Assembly (NCBI GenBank): GCA_964578315.1
Contig: CAZOCN010000002.1
Coordinates: forward strand, 1-34,283
From: an uncultured Candidatus Bathyarchaeia archaeon
Lineage (GTDB): Archaea > Thermoproteota > Bathyarchaeia > Bathyarchaeales > CAZOCN01
Length of the DNA: 34,283 bases
Direction of reading: 5' to 3'
The notes beneath the pieces are model-generated. The model saw only the letters and a list, made by a program, of their open reading frames with translations. It searched no databases and was not told the origin of the DNA. Made by a program: the position numbers and the translations under genes. This document shows positions 8,833 through 16,674 of this stretch, in pieces. The number at the start of each line of letters is the position of its first letter. Position 1 is the stretch's first letter.

Positions 8833-8984
8833 AAACTAGACAACGGCTCCACTTCCAGACCACTCCCTCCCCTAGAAGCAACGGGGCTCCTCTTCTTTTA
8901 AGCAACAATAGGGTAAATTAACTTCGTGACCTGAATTCACGCATTCTTTGAGAGGCGCCACCAGCACTTCGGCAGTTCGAGTTT

Positions 8985-9055
8985 GAGCCGGAAGACCGCT
9001 CCTCCCCTCATGGCAATGGACAGAACCCCTCACATGGAGAAGGGTCTTCCGGCTC
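8985..9055. repeat. 13-bp perfect GC-rich inverted repeat (GAGCCGGAAGACC / GGTCTTCCGGCTC) with a 45-nt spacer, in a 253-nt ORF-free convergent spacer
   Basis: Read directly from the sequence. The spacer contains a direct repeat, CCCCTCATGG / CCCCTCACATGG. Confidence 0.85.
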
Positions 9056-9085
9056 TTCTCTAAAGTTCTTGCGAATTATGGTTGG

Positions 9086-9385
9086 TTAGTTGGTGTGTGC
9101 GCCTCCTCCCACCGGCATCACCATGACCAATTCGGTGTTCTCCTTCAATTGGAGATCGTAGTCCCTTGGTAATTTCAGAATTTTACCGTCTAGGAATATG
9201 TTTAGTCTCTTCTCTAAGTATTCTTTGAGGGCATGCCCCGTCTTCTCCTCAAATTCTCTACCGATTCTCTCTTCGAGTTCTTTCACCACATCGTTTACAG
9301 TGCTTCCCTCTTCGAGGTCAAGTTGAATTAGGCGCTGACCGGTGATCTCCTTTAAGGTGGAGTAAACCTTCAAGTGGACTCTCAA
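9086..9385 (-). CDS. MoaD/ThiS-family ubiquitin-like small protein (SAMP-like) with residues beyond the GG motif
   Basis: 99 aa. The beta-grasp-like pattern is RVHLKVYSTLKEITG...GSTVNDVV...NIFLDGK...ELVMVMPVGGG, followed by AHTN and the stop. TTG start. Confidence 0.7.
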   Translation of the reverse strand: MRVHLKVYSTLKEITGQRLIQLDLEEGSTVNDVVKELEERIGREFEEKTGHALKEYLEKRLNIFLDGKILKLPRDYDLQLKENTELVMVMPVGGGAHTN

Positions 9386-9549
9386 AGCCTATCCTTGGGA
9401 GTATTCTATCGGTAACCCTAATATGCTTGTTGCTAGTCGAGGATATTCTACGGTCCTCTTCAGAGTGTTGGAATTTTTTCAGATTAGGAGGCTAGTCGCT
9501 TGAAGTTACTAATATTTAATAAGGTGAACTTTTATTCTCTCGGAGGCTG

Positions 9550-10518
9550 GTGAGTTTCCTGTTGGGAGAGGGAGTTCCTGAGGAGCTCTTACAAGCCTTG
9601 AGGAGACAGCGGTACCACCTTATTGGGAGGCACTCCGCTGTTAAGAGGTGTAGGTGGCTCTGGCAGAGCATCGTTAACGGTAGACCGTGCTACAAACAGA
9701 AGTTCTATGGTATTGAGAGCCATAGATGCATACAGATGACGCCCTCCCTCTTCGACTGTACAATGAGATGCTTGTTCTGCTGGCGTATCCAACCAGGTGA
9801 CCTGGGACTATCGTGGACTGAAGGGGCGCCAGCCCATTGGGATGAGCCTGAAGAGATAATCGATGGGTGCATAAAGGTACAGAGGGCTCTAGTCAGCGGA
9901 TACAAGAGCAATCCGAAAGCTGATAGAAGGAAGTATCTCGAATCTCTCCAGCCCAGGCATGTCGCGATAAGTTTAGCTGGTGAACCTACTCTCTATCCAA
10001 AAATTGGAGAGCTTATCGAAGGCTTTCATAAGCGGGGCTTCACTACCTTTCTAGTGACTAACGGGACGTTACCGGAAGTTCTCAGCAACATAAGTTGTGA
10101 ACCGACCCAACTCTATGTATCTTTCTACGCCCATAACAAGGATTTACTGAGGAAGACTTGTAGACCGAAAATAGGCGATGCTTGGGAGAGAATCCAGGAG
10201 ACTCTAGGGCTCCTCTCCAGCTTCAACTGTAGAACAGTCGTCAGGCTCACATTGGTTAGGGGTCTAAATTTGGAGAAGCCGACTGAATACGCCAGAGTTT
10301 TGGAAAAGGCTTCTCCCACCTACATTGAAGCAAAGGCTTATATGCATGTTGGTTTCTCGCAGCTCCGCCTCAAATTTGAGAATATGCCGACTCATAGGGA
10401 TATACGGAAATTTGCGGAGGAGTTGGGAGAGAGTTTAGGGTATAACTTGCTGGACGAAGCCCCTGAGAGCCGAGTAGTCCTTTTAAGCAGGTTGGAAAAG
10501 GCTATAAAGCTCCGATAA
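9550..10518 (+). CDS. taw1: tRNA 4-demethylwyosine synthase (radical SAM, TYW1/Taw1)
   Basis: N-terminal Cys cluster region HSAVKRCRWL...RPCYK...HRC, radical-SAM CTMRCLFC, and LAGEPTLYP. The size of 322 aa fits. Confidence 0.88.
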   Translation: MSFLLGEGVPEELLQALRRQRYHLIGRHSAVKRCRWLWQSIVNGRPCYKQKFYGIESHRCIQMTPSLFDCTMRCLFCWRIQPGDLGLSWTEGAPAHWDEPEEIIDGCIKVQRALVSGYKSNPKADRRKYLESLQPRHVAISLAGEPTLYPKIGELIEGFHKRGFTTFLVTNGTLPEVLSNISCEPTQLYVSFYAHNKDLLRKTCRPKIGDAWERIQETLGLLSSFNCRTVVRLTLVRGLNLEKPTEYARVLEKASPTYIEAKAYMHVGFSQLRLKFENMPTHRDIRKFAEELGESLGYNLLDEAPESRVVLLSRLEKAIKLR

Positions 10519-10546
10519 TCATTCTCCTAAAAGGCTTAAGGAAAGT

Positions 10547-11203
10547 ATGTTTATGTCTCTAGAAGAAATACTTGTGAATATTCAGAAGACTCTTAAGGAG
10601 AGAGAGGAAGCTCTAGATGAGATCCACCAGATAACCCGGAAGCTCATCCGGATCTCTAAGCAGACTATATTCCTCATCCATCAAGGGAAGTATGAGGAGG
10701 CTAGGAGGAAATTATCTGAGGCTGACGGTTACGTAAGCGAGGTTAAACAGATCCATAAAGGGTTAGATTCCCTCCATGGCCTCGTCACTACAGCACTCCA
10801 AGAAGTAGCGGAGGCTCATATACTCCTAAACCTTCTTGAACATGAAACCTTTATTGAACCATTTGAGATAGATATTCCGCCCATACCCTACGTTCTAGGG
10901 TTAGCGGATGTTATAGGCGAGCTTAGGCGGGCTATTCTAGACCTAATTAAAGAGAACAGGATCGATGAGGCTGAGAAGAAACTCGAGATCATGGAATTGA
11001 TATATCATGACTTGACAACGGTTGAAGATCTCTTACTACTTGTTCCGGGATTGAGGAGGAAATGCGATATTGCTAGAAGGATCGTAGAGGCGACTAGAGG
11101 AGATTTGACGATAGAGAAGCGTAGAAGTTCGCTTGAAAGGTCGATTAGGGAGCTGGTTGAGATTGTCGAAGAGGAGAAAGAGAGGAAGCGCTTGGAAGGC
11201 TAA
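10547..11203 (+). CDS. Translin/TRAX-family protein (archaeal C3PO-like)
   Basis: LQEVAEAHILL (TRAX-like E-x-x-E), YVLGLADVIGELRR, and LRRKCDIARRIVE. Confidence 0.7.
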   Translation: MFMSLEEILVNIQKTLKEREEALDEIHQITRKLIRISKQTIFLIHQGKYEEARRKLSEADGYVSEVKQIHKGLDSLHGLVTTALQEVAEAHILLNLLEHETFIEPFEIDIPPIPYVLGLADVIGELRRAILDLIKENRIDEAEKKLEIMELIYHDLTTVEDLLLLVPGLRRKCDIARRIVEATRGDLTIEKRRSSLERSIRELVEIVEEEKERKRLEG

Positions 11204-12788
11204 GGATATCCTAAACTTGGTGGAACAAGAAGGTTTCGAGAAAGTCTGGAAAGAGAGTACTAAACTTATTCCGGAGCCAACCCACAGAATTCAATTAGTA
11301 GACGTTAAGCCTGGTGAAGCTCATCCGCTATATGAAGCCATGCAACGGTTGAGGTCTATATTCCTTCAACTAGGCTTCACGGAGGTCTCGAATCCGATAA
11401 TAGTCGATGAGAGTGAAGTCTACAAACAGTACGGTTCAGAAGCCCCGATAATACTAGACCGCTGCTACTACTTAGCAGTACTGCCTAGACCCGACATAGG
11501 CTTGGGCAAGGCGAAGATTAAGGCCATGGAAGAAATCGGCGTAAAAATGACTAAAGAAAAAGAGAAGCTTCTGAAGAAGGTTTTCAGATTGTATAAGCGG
11601 GGTGACGTGGAACCAGACGATTTAGTTCAGGAAGTGGCTAGAGCCCTAGGGGCCTCTGAGATTATGGCTGGAGAGGTGCTTTCTAAGGTTTTTCCAGAGT
11701 TCAAAGCCCTTAAGCCGGAGCCCACTACCTTGACTCTCCGTTCTCACATGACAAGTGCATGGTTTTTAACGCTTCAAGCCCTGCGACATAAAGCTATATT
11801 ACCACTCAAACTGTTCTCTGTCGATGTTAGGTTCAGACGGGAACAGAGGGAAGACCCCACTCATCTACGTTCCCATAGAGCCGCCAGCTGCGTTGTTATG
11901 GATTATGATTTAGACGTCCAGGATGGCGAAGCCATAACGAGGGCGCTCTTAAACCCTCTAGGAATCCGTGAACTGAAGTTTGCAAGGAAGGAGGTTACCT
12001 CTCGGTATTATACTCCTGGAACGGAATACGAAGGCTTCGCCTACAATCCCAAAACAGGCGAATGGATAGAGGTGGTCAATTATGGATTGTATAACCCTAT
12101 CGCGCTCTCGAGGTATGGTCTAGAGTACCCCGTCCTAAATGTAGGCATAGGGGTTGAACGAGTTGTTATGATCCTTGAGGGAGAGAGCGATGTCCGTAGA
12201 TTGGTGTATCCACAGTTCTATTCCGAGTTAACACTTACAGACGCAGAGATTGCGGAGATGATAGATCTAATAGAGAAGCCTGAAACTTTAGCTGGGAGGG
12301 AGATCATGAAGGCGATAGCCTCCTCTTCCTTCGAGAAAAGGGAGATGAAAGCTCCTTGTGAGGTCCTCTGTTACGAAGGAAGACTGAGGAACAGGAAAGT
12401 TAAAGTCTATGTGTACGAGACGGATGAAGGCACAAAGCTCCTAGGTCCAGCTGCTCTAAATAGGATCTATGTTTACCAAGGTAACATACTAGGCGTGCCT
12501 GATCGGGGATTAGAGAAGTCTAGAATGGTTAGAGAAGCGCGTGAGGGAGGCGTTGATACTGGATACAGGATCCTCGAGGCCGTGGCCGCCATGGCAGCTA
12601 GGAGAATCGAGGAAGCCACCCGTTCTGGAGCTAGCGAGGTTAACCTCAGGATTAAAATGGCTAAAAATCCCAGCGACGTCAACATATTGATTAACGACGT
12701 TGCATGGCGGTATATCACCGGGAATAATAAGAGGATAGATCTGCAGGGTCCAGTCTTCATCGGCATTAAAGCTAAGATTGAGAGGTAA
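11133..12788 (+). CDS. sepS: O-phosphoseryl-tRNA(Cys) synthetase (SepRS)
   Basis: HPLYEAMQRLRSIFLQLGFTEVSNPIIVDESEVYKQYGSEAPIILDRCYYLAVLPRPDIGL closely parallels the methanogen SepRS core as I remember it. The start is uncertain: there are in-frame TTG/GTG codons at 11133, 11157, 11163, 11217 and 11220. The longest form overlaps the translin gene by 71 nt. Confidence 0.88.
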   Translation: MKGRLGSWLRLSKRRKRGSAWKAKDILNLVEQEGFEKVWKESTKLIPEPTHRIQLVDVKPGEAHPLYEAMQRLRSIFLQLGFTEVSNPIIVDESEVYKQYGSEAPIILDRCYYLAVLPRPDIGLGKAKIKAMEEIGVKMTKEKEKLLKKVFRLYKRGDVEPDDLVQEVARALGASEIMAGEVLSKVFPEFKALKPEPTTLTLRSHMTSAWFLTLQALRHKAILPLKLFSVDVRFRREQREDPTHLRSHRAASCVVMDYDLDVQDGEAITRALLNPLGIRELKFARKEVTSRYYTPGTEYEGFAYNPKTGEWIEVVNYGLYNPIALSRYGLEYPVLNVGIGVERVVMILEGESDVRRLVYPQFYSELTLTDAEIAEMIDLIEKPETLAGREIMKAIASSSFEKREMKAPCEVLCYEGRLRNRKVKVYVYETDEGTKLLGPAALNRIYVYQGNILGVPDRGLEKSRMVREAREGGVDTGYRILEAVAAMAARRIEEATRSGASEVNLRIKMAKNPSDVNILINDVAWRYITGNNKRIDLQGPVFIGIKAKIER

Positions 12789-12822
12789 AGAGCAGCTTTT
12801 TCCGTTATTTTAGTTCTTACAA

Positions 12823-13566
12823 TTATAACCTTTTAGGCATCGTCTTCTCATGCATTTTAATTGCAATTATTAAGAAGATTAAGGCTAAGAGGAGTAAAGC
12901 GGAGAGGTCTAAGTATAGAAAGGCGGTAATCTTCCCTTCAAAAGATTGTTTGGCAACATCCATGAAGTAGGTTAAGGGGGATACCAGGGATAGGGCCCTA
13001 CCCCAGAAGGGCATAGCCTCCAGAGGTGTGAAGACTCCGCTTATGAAGATTAAGGGGAATTTGATCAGACTCGATAGCATCATCACATTTGCGGGGACGT
13101 CTGTGGGAATCACTGAGAGGATAGCCGCCATGGATGAGAAGCAGAAGGCTGCGATTAGGACCCCGAGGAGGAGAGCAAGTGGCTGAACGACTTTTACACC
13201 AGTTAACACACCTATTACCAGAGGAATTACAGAGATGGCGACCCCGAAGAGAAAGGACGCCAGTATGTCTCCTAGAAGTATCGTGGAGACAGAGACCGGC
13301 GCCGAGATCAGTCTCTCCAGCGTCTTCATTCTGGACTCCCAGGGGATTATAACGGGTATTACGGAGGTTGAGGTAAAGAAGAGACTCATACCGAGCATAC
13401 CTTGGATGAGGAAGGATTGCTGAATCTCCCTTCCAATATAGAACGCTAAGTAAAGGAAGAAAGGTATGAGCAAACCGAATATCACAACAGGCCCCTTAGA
13501 ATAGTAGATTCGGATATCCTTCTTGCAGATGGCATAAATGCGCTTTAACTCCTCAAGCCATGTCAA
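12823..13566 (-). CDS. ABC-2 type transporter permease
   Basis: 247 aa with about 6 hydrophobic helices. A 4-nt overlap with the upstream ATPase gene suggests coupling. Confidence 0.8.
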   Translation of the reverse strand: MTWLEELKRIYAICKKDIRIYYSKGPVVIFGLLIPFFLYLAFYIGREIQQSFLIQGMLGMSLFFTSTSVIPVIIPWESRMKTLERLISAPVSVSTILLGDILASFLFGVAISVIPLVIGVLTGVKVVQPLALLLGVLIAAFCFSSMAAILSVIPTDVPANVMMLSSLIKFPLIFISGVFTPLEAMPFWGRALSLVSPLTYFMDVAKQSFEGKITAFLYLDLSALLLLALIFLIIAIKMHEKTMPKRL

Positions 13567-14519
13567 GTTCTAGGTCTCCTCTTCTGGATCGCTAAACTTT
13601 CTCCGGTGATCTCGAGGAACACATCCTCTAAAGTGGGCGTAAGAACGTTTACTGTAACTAACTTTAGGCCCTCTGAACGGGCATAGTCAACGATAGCCGT
13701 CACTAAGTCCCCGGGTTTCTCAGTCTGTATCCTTATTTTATCTCCGAATCTACTCACTGTTTTGGCATTCGGTAGTATGGTTAGGTCCTCTTCTCTGACG
13801 GGTTTATTGAAGACTACCTCCACGGATTGGAGGCCCTTTACGGTCAACTTAAGTTTTTCTGGGCTATCTATAGCGGCTATTCTCCCATAGTTGATTATAG
13901 CTATCTTCTCACATAGTTGGCTGGCTTCCTCCAAGTTATGCGTAGTGAGGAAGATCGTTATGCCAGTTTTATTAAGCTCCTTAAGTAGCTCCCTTATTAA
14001 ACGGGCACTCTGGACGTCTAACCCAGAAGTTGGCTCGTCGAGGAAAAGAACCCGCGGGTTATTTATCAACGCCATACATATCAGGAGTCTCTGCTTCATT
14101 CCCCTAGAGAATCCTTTAACTAACTGACTTCTCCTTTCGTAGAGGCCTAGACGGTTCATGAGGTCGGTGGCTTGCTTCTCTCGTTGAGTTTTAGGGATTC
14201 CATAGAGCTCTCCCATGAACATTAGGTTCTGCCACGCTGTGAGGTCTATGTAGGCATTCGCCATTTCTGGAACTATACCCATGAGCTCCTTGGCTTTGAC
14301 AGGTTCCTTATGGATGTTGAAGCCCATAACGTGGGCCTCTCCCTCATCTGGCTTGATTACCCCAGTTAACATTCGCATAGTAGTAGTCTTCCCTGCCCCA
14401 TTCGGTCCTAAGAAGCCGAAAAACTCTCCCTCCTCCACCCTAAAGCTGATGTGATCTACAGCTACTAAATTACCAAAACGCTTCGTCAAACCGGAGGCTT
14501 CAATGGCATAGGATCGCAT
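13563..14519 (-). CDS. ABC transporter ATP-binding protein (DrrA/CcmA-like exporter ATPase)
   Basis: Walker A GPNGAGKTT, Q-loop, signature FSRGMKQRL, Walker B LFLDEPTSGLD, and an H-loop TTHNL. Confidence 0.92.
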   Translation of the reverse strand: MRSYAIEASGLTKRFGNLVAVDHISFRVEEGEFFGFLGPNGAGKTTTMRMLTGVIKPDEGEAHVMGFNIHKEPVKAKELMGIVPEMANAYIDLTAWQNLMFMGELYGIPKTQREKQATDLMNRLGLYERRSQLVKGFSRGMKQRLLICMALINNPRVLFLDEPTSGLDVQSARLIRELLKELNKTGITIFLTTHNLEEASQLCEKIAIINYGRIAAIDSPEKLKLTVKGLQSVEVVFNKPVREEDLTILPNAKTVSRFGDKIRIQTEKPGDLVTAIVDYARSEGLKLVTVNVLTPTLEDVFLEITGESLAIQKRRPRT

Positions 14520-14641
14520 CTTGAACTTTTAACCTTCTGGACTTTAATCCCTCTATTAGAAAGAGCTTCAATTAAAAACTTACCACTTTATATGAAACAG
14601 AAACTTTCAATTTTAAATCGAAAGGGAAGAGATGATAATTT

Positions 14642-15439
14642 ATGGAAAAGAAACACTATCAGCTTCCTGAAGGAATGCGGTACTCTACTCTGGAAGAGCG
14701 TAGGATATTCTACGAGTCGGAGTTTGACTTGGGCAAGGTGGCTAAATGGATAGATGGATGGAAGGGAAAGTTAATCTTCGCCGTCATAATGGGAAGACAC
14801 ACCGGGATTTTTCTGGAGAAATACCGTGAAGACGCCTCAACCACCATCCTAATTGATGAGTATGAGAACCTCGAGGACCTACGATCGCAGATACTAGAAT
14901 TTCTACCAGAGGCTGTCTATTATGACCGGAACCTTTACGGCGAGGACGGGGAGGTTTTTGGACAAGAGTTAGCTTTCGATCTCGACCCTGAAAACTTTGT
15001 CTGCCCAATCCACGGATCTTTGGAAGATAAAATGAAGAGACACCAGGGTTTAAGTTTCTGCGAGATAGAACTGAAGATGGTCAAGGAGGAGACGGAGAAG
15101 CTCTATGAAGAACTCGAGAAGGAGTTCTCTGATCTTAGGATAGTCTATTCTGGTAGGGGTTTCCACATCCACGTGTGGGATGAGGAGGCTTTCAGATGGG
15201 ACCGCAATAGGAGGGAGGCTTTTGCTAAGAGGCTTAAAGAGGAAGGTTATAGGATAGATAGTTGGGTGCCTTCTGGCGGCATGAGACTCATACGTCTACC
15301 CTACAGCTTACATGGCATGGTCTCTAGAATCGTATTACCCTTGAAGAAGGAGGAATTAGCGGATTTCAATCCTATAGAAGATGAGAGGTGTATACCTAGA
15401 TTCCTTAAGGCAGATCTTAGTGGCACCCTTCCTTCTTAA
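14642..15439 (+). CDS. priS: DNA primase small (catalytic) subunit, archaeo-eukaryotic primase fold; compact form
   Basis: AEP motifs ELAFDLD (DxD), IVYSGRGFHIHV and RLIRLPYSLHG, with an N-terminal EERRIFYESEF as in PriS. Only about 35 residues lie between motifs II and III. Confidence 0.78.
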   Translation: MEKKHYQLPEGMRYSTLEERRIFYESEFDLGKVAKWIDGWKGKLIFAVIMGRHTGIFLEKYREDASTTILIDEYENLEDLRSQILEFLPEAVYYDRNLYGEDGEVFGQELAFDLDPENFVCPIHGSLEDKMKRHQGLSFCEIELKMVKEETEKLYEELEKEFSDLRIVYSGRGFHIHVWDEEAFRWDRNRREAFAKRLKEEGYRIDSWVPSGGMRLIRLPYSLHGMVSRIVLPLKKEELADFNPIEDERCIPRFLKADLSGTLPS

Positions 15440-15629
15440 TTACTTCCTTAGCCTTCTTCTCTTTCCCAGCGTAATAGTAATATTTTTTCTTCTTCTCTTC
15501 CTCGCCCATAACGAACACCTTAATCCAATATTTCTGGCAATCGTGGTTAAATGCTTTTTCAACGTAGGTACTCAATTAAATAAATAAGAGCGAGTAAGGG
15601 TTATTATTCGAGTCTAGTGGGATGGAATC

Positions 15630-16664
15630 GTGTGGAGTCATCGTGAGCGAGTAATGGCTGCCGTGAACCTTAAGAAGGCTGACAGAGTTCCCGTTGTGCC
15701 TCAGATAACCTATGCAACGGCAAGCCTCACGGGGATACACTTCTCCGACGCCTTAAGGAGCCCAGAGAAGATGGCTGATGCTATAATCGCTGGTTACCGT
15801 GAAGCCGGTTATGATGGGGTATACGTAGGCTGGGAGTCCTCCTTTAACCTACTCGCAGAGGCGATGGGTTGTGAACTGAAGATAAGCCCTGACATCGTAG
15901 CCAGCGTTAAGAAACCCGCGATTACAACCGAAAAGGACGTAGAGAAAGTACCTATTCCAGACCCAGAACGAGACGGCAGATTACCGGTCCATTTGAAGGC
16001 TCTAGATCTAGTTAAAGAGGAGCTTCCCCCAGAAGTTCCCATATTCCGGTACATTCCCGGAGCCTTAACCCTCAGCAACCAACTTAGGGGAACAGAAAAT
16101 TTTCTAAGAGACCTACTGAGAAACCCAGACTTGATAGAGAAAGTCTTGGAATTGTCGGAAGAAGCCTCCTTAAGATTCGGGGAGGCCACGGCGGAACACG
16201 GTGCTGACGTCTTAGTATTAGCGGATCCCATGGCCTCATCCACTGTGATCTCTCCGGAGATGTTTGAGAAATATGCGTATCCGAGTTTGAAGAGGACTAT
16301 AGAAGCCTTCAAAAAGTTAGGTGTTGTCGCTTCCTTGCATATCTGTGGGAATACGCTCCCCATTCTGGAGAGGATGGTTGATACGGGAGCCCAAATTTTA
16401 GAGTTGGATCATCTCGTAGATTTGGAGGCGGCTAAGAGGAGAGTTGGACGACGCGTGTGTATAATGGGGAATGTTAACCCCACGGGAGTTTTGCTGTCGG
16501 GTTCGCCTCAGAGTGTGGAGGAGGAGTCCAGGCGTTGCATAGAGAAGGCCGCGGAGGATGGAGGCTTCATACTCAGCTCAGGATGCGAAGTTCCCTTGAG
16601 GGCGCCCTTTGAAAATGTTAAGGCTATGGTCCAAGCCTCTATAAAATACGGAAGATACAGCTGA
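15630..16664 (+). CDS. UroD-family methyltransferase, MtaA/MtbA/CmuA-like (methylcobamide:acceptor MT2 type)
   Basis: RERVMAAVNLKKADRVPVVPQ, with LHICGNT (His-x-Cys) and a further Cys 80 residues downstream (SSGCEVP), matching the Zn-ligand pattern of MT2 enzymes. GTG start. Confidence 0.8.
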   Translation: MWSHRERVMAAVNLKKADRVPVVPQITYATASLTGIHFSDALRSPEKMADAIIAGYREAGYDGVYVGWESSFNLLAEAMGCELKISPDIVASVKKPAITTEKDVEKVPIPDPERDGRLPVHLKALDLVKEELPPEVPIFRYIPGALTLSNQLRGTENFLRDLLRNPDLIEKVLELSEEASLRFGEATAEHGADVLVLADPMASSTVISPEMFEKYAYPSLKRTIEAFKKLGVVASLHICGNTLPILERMVDTGAQILELDHLVDLEAAKRRVGRRVCIMGNVNPTGVLLSGSPQSVEEESRRCIEKAAEDGGFILSSGCEVPLRAPFENVKAMVQASIKYGRYS

Positions 16665-16674
16665 ATAGGAAACT

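Noticed and set aside
8960-8995. T-loop-like GTTCGAG suggesting a tRNA gene
   Set aside because: The flanking bases do not form a T-stem, and no acceptor, D or anticodon arms can be drawn.
15809-16363. 184-aa minus-strand ORF
   Set aside because: It is antisense to the MtaA-like methyltransferase gene. The Ser-rich, low-complexity translation marks it as a shadow ORF.
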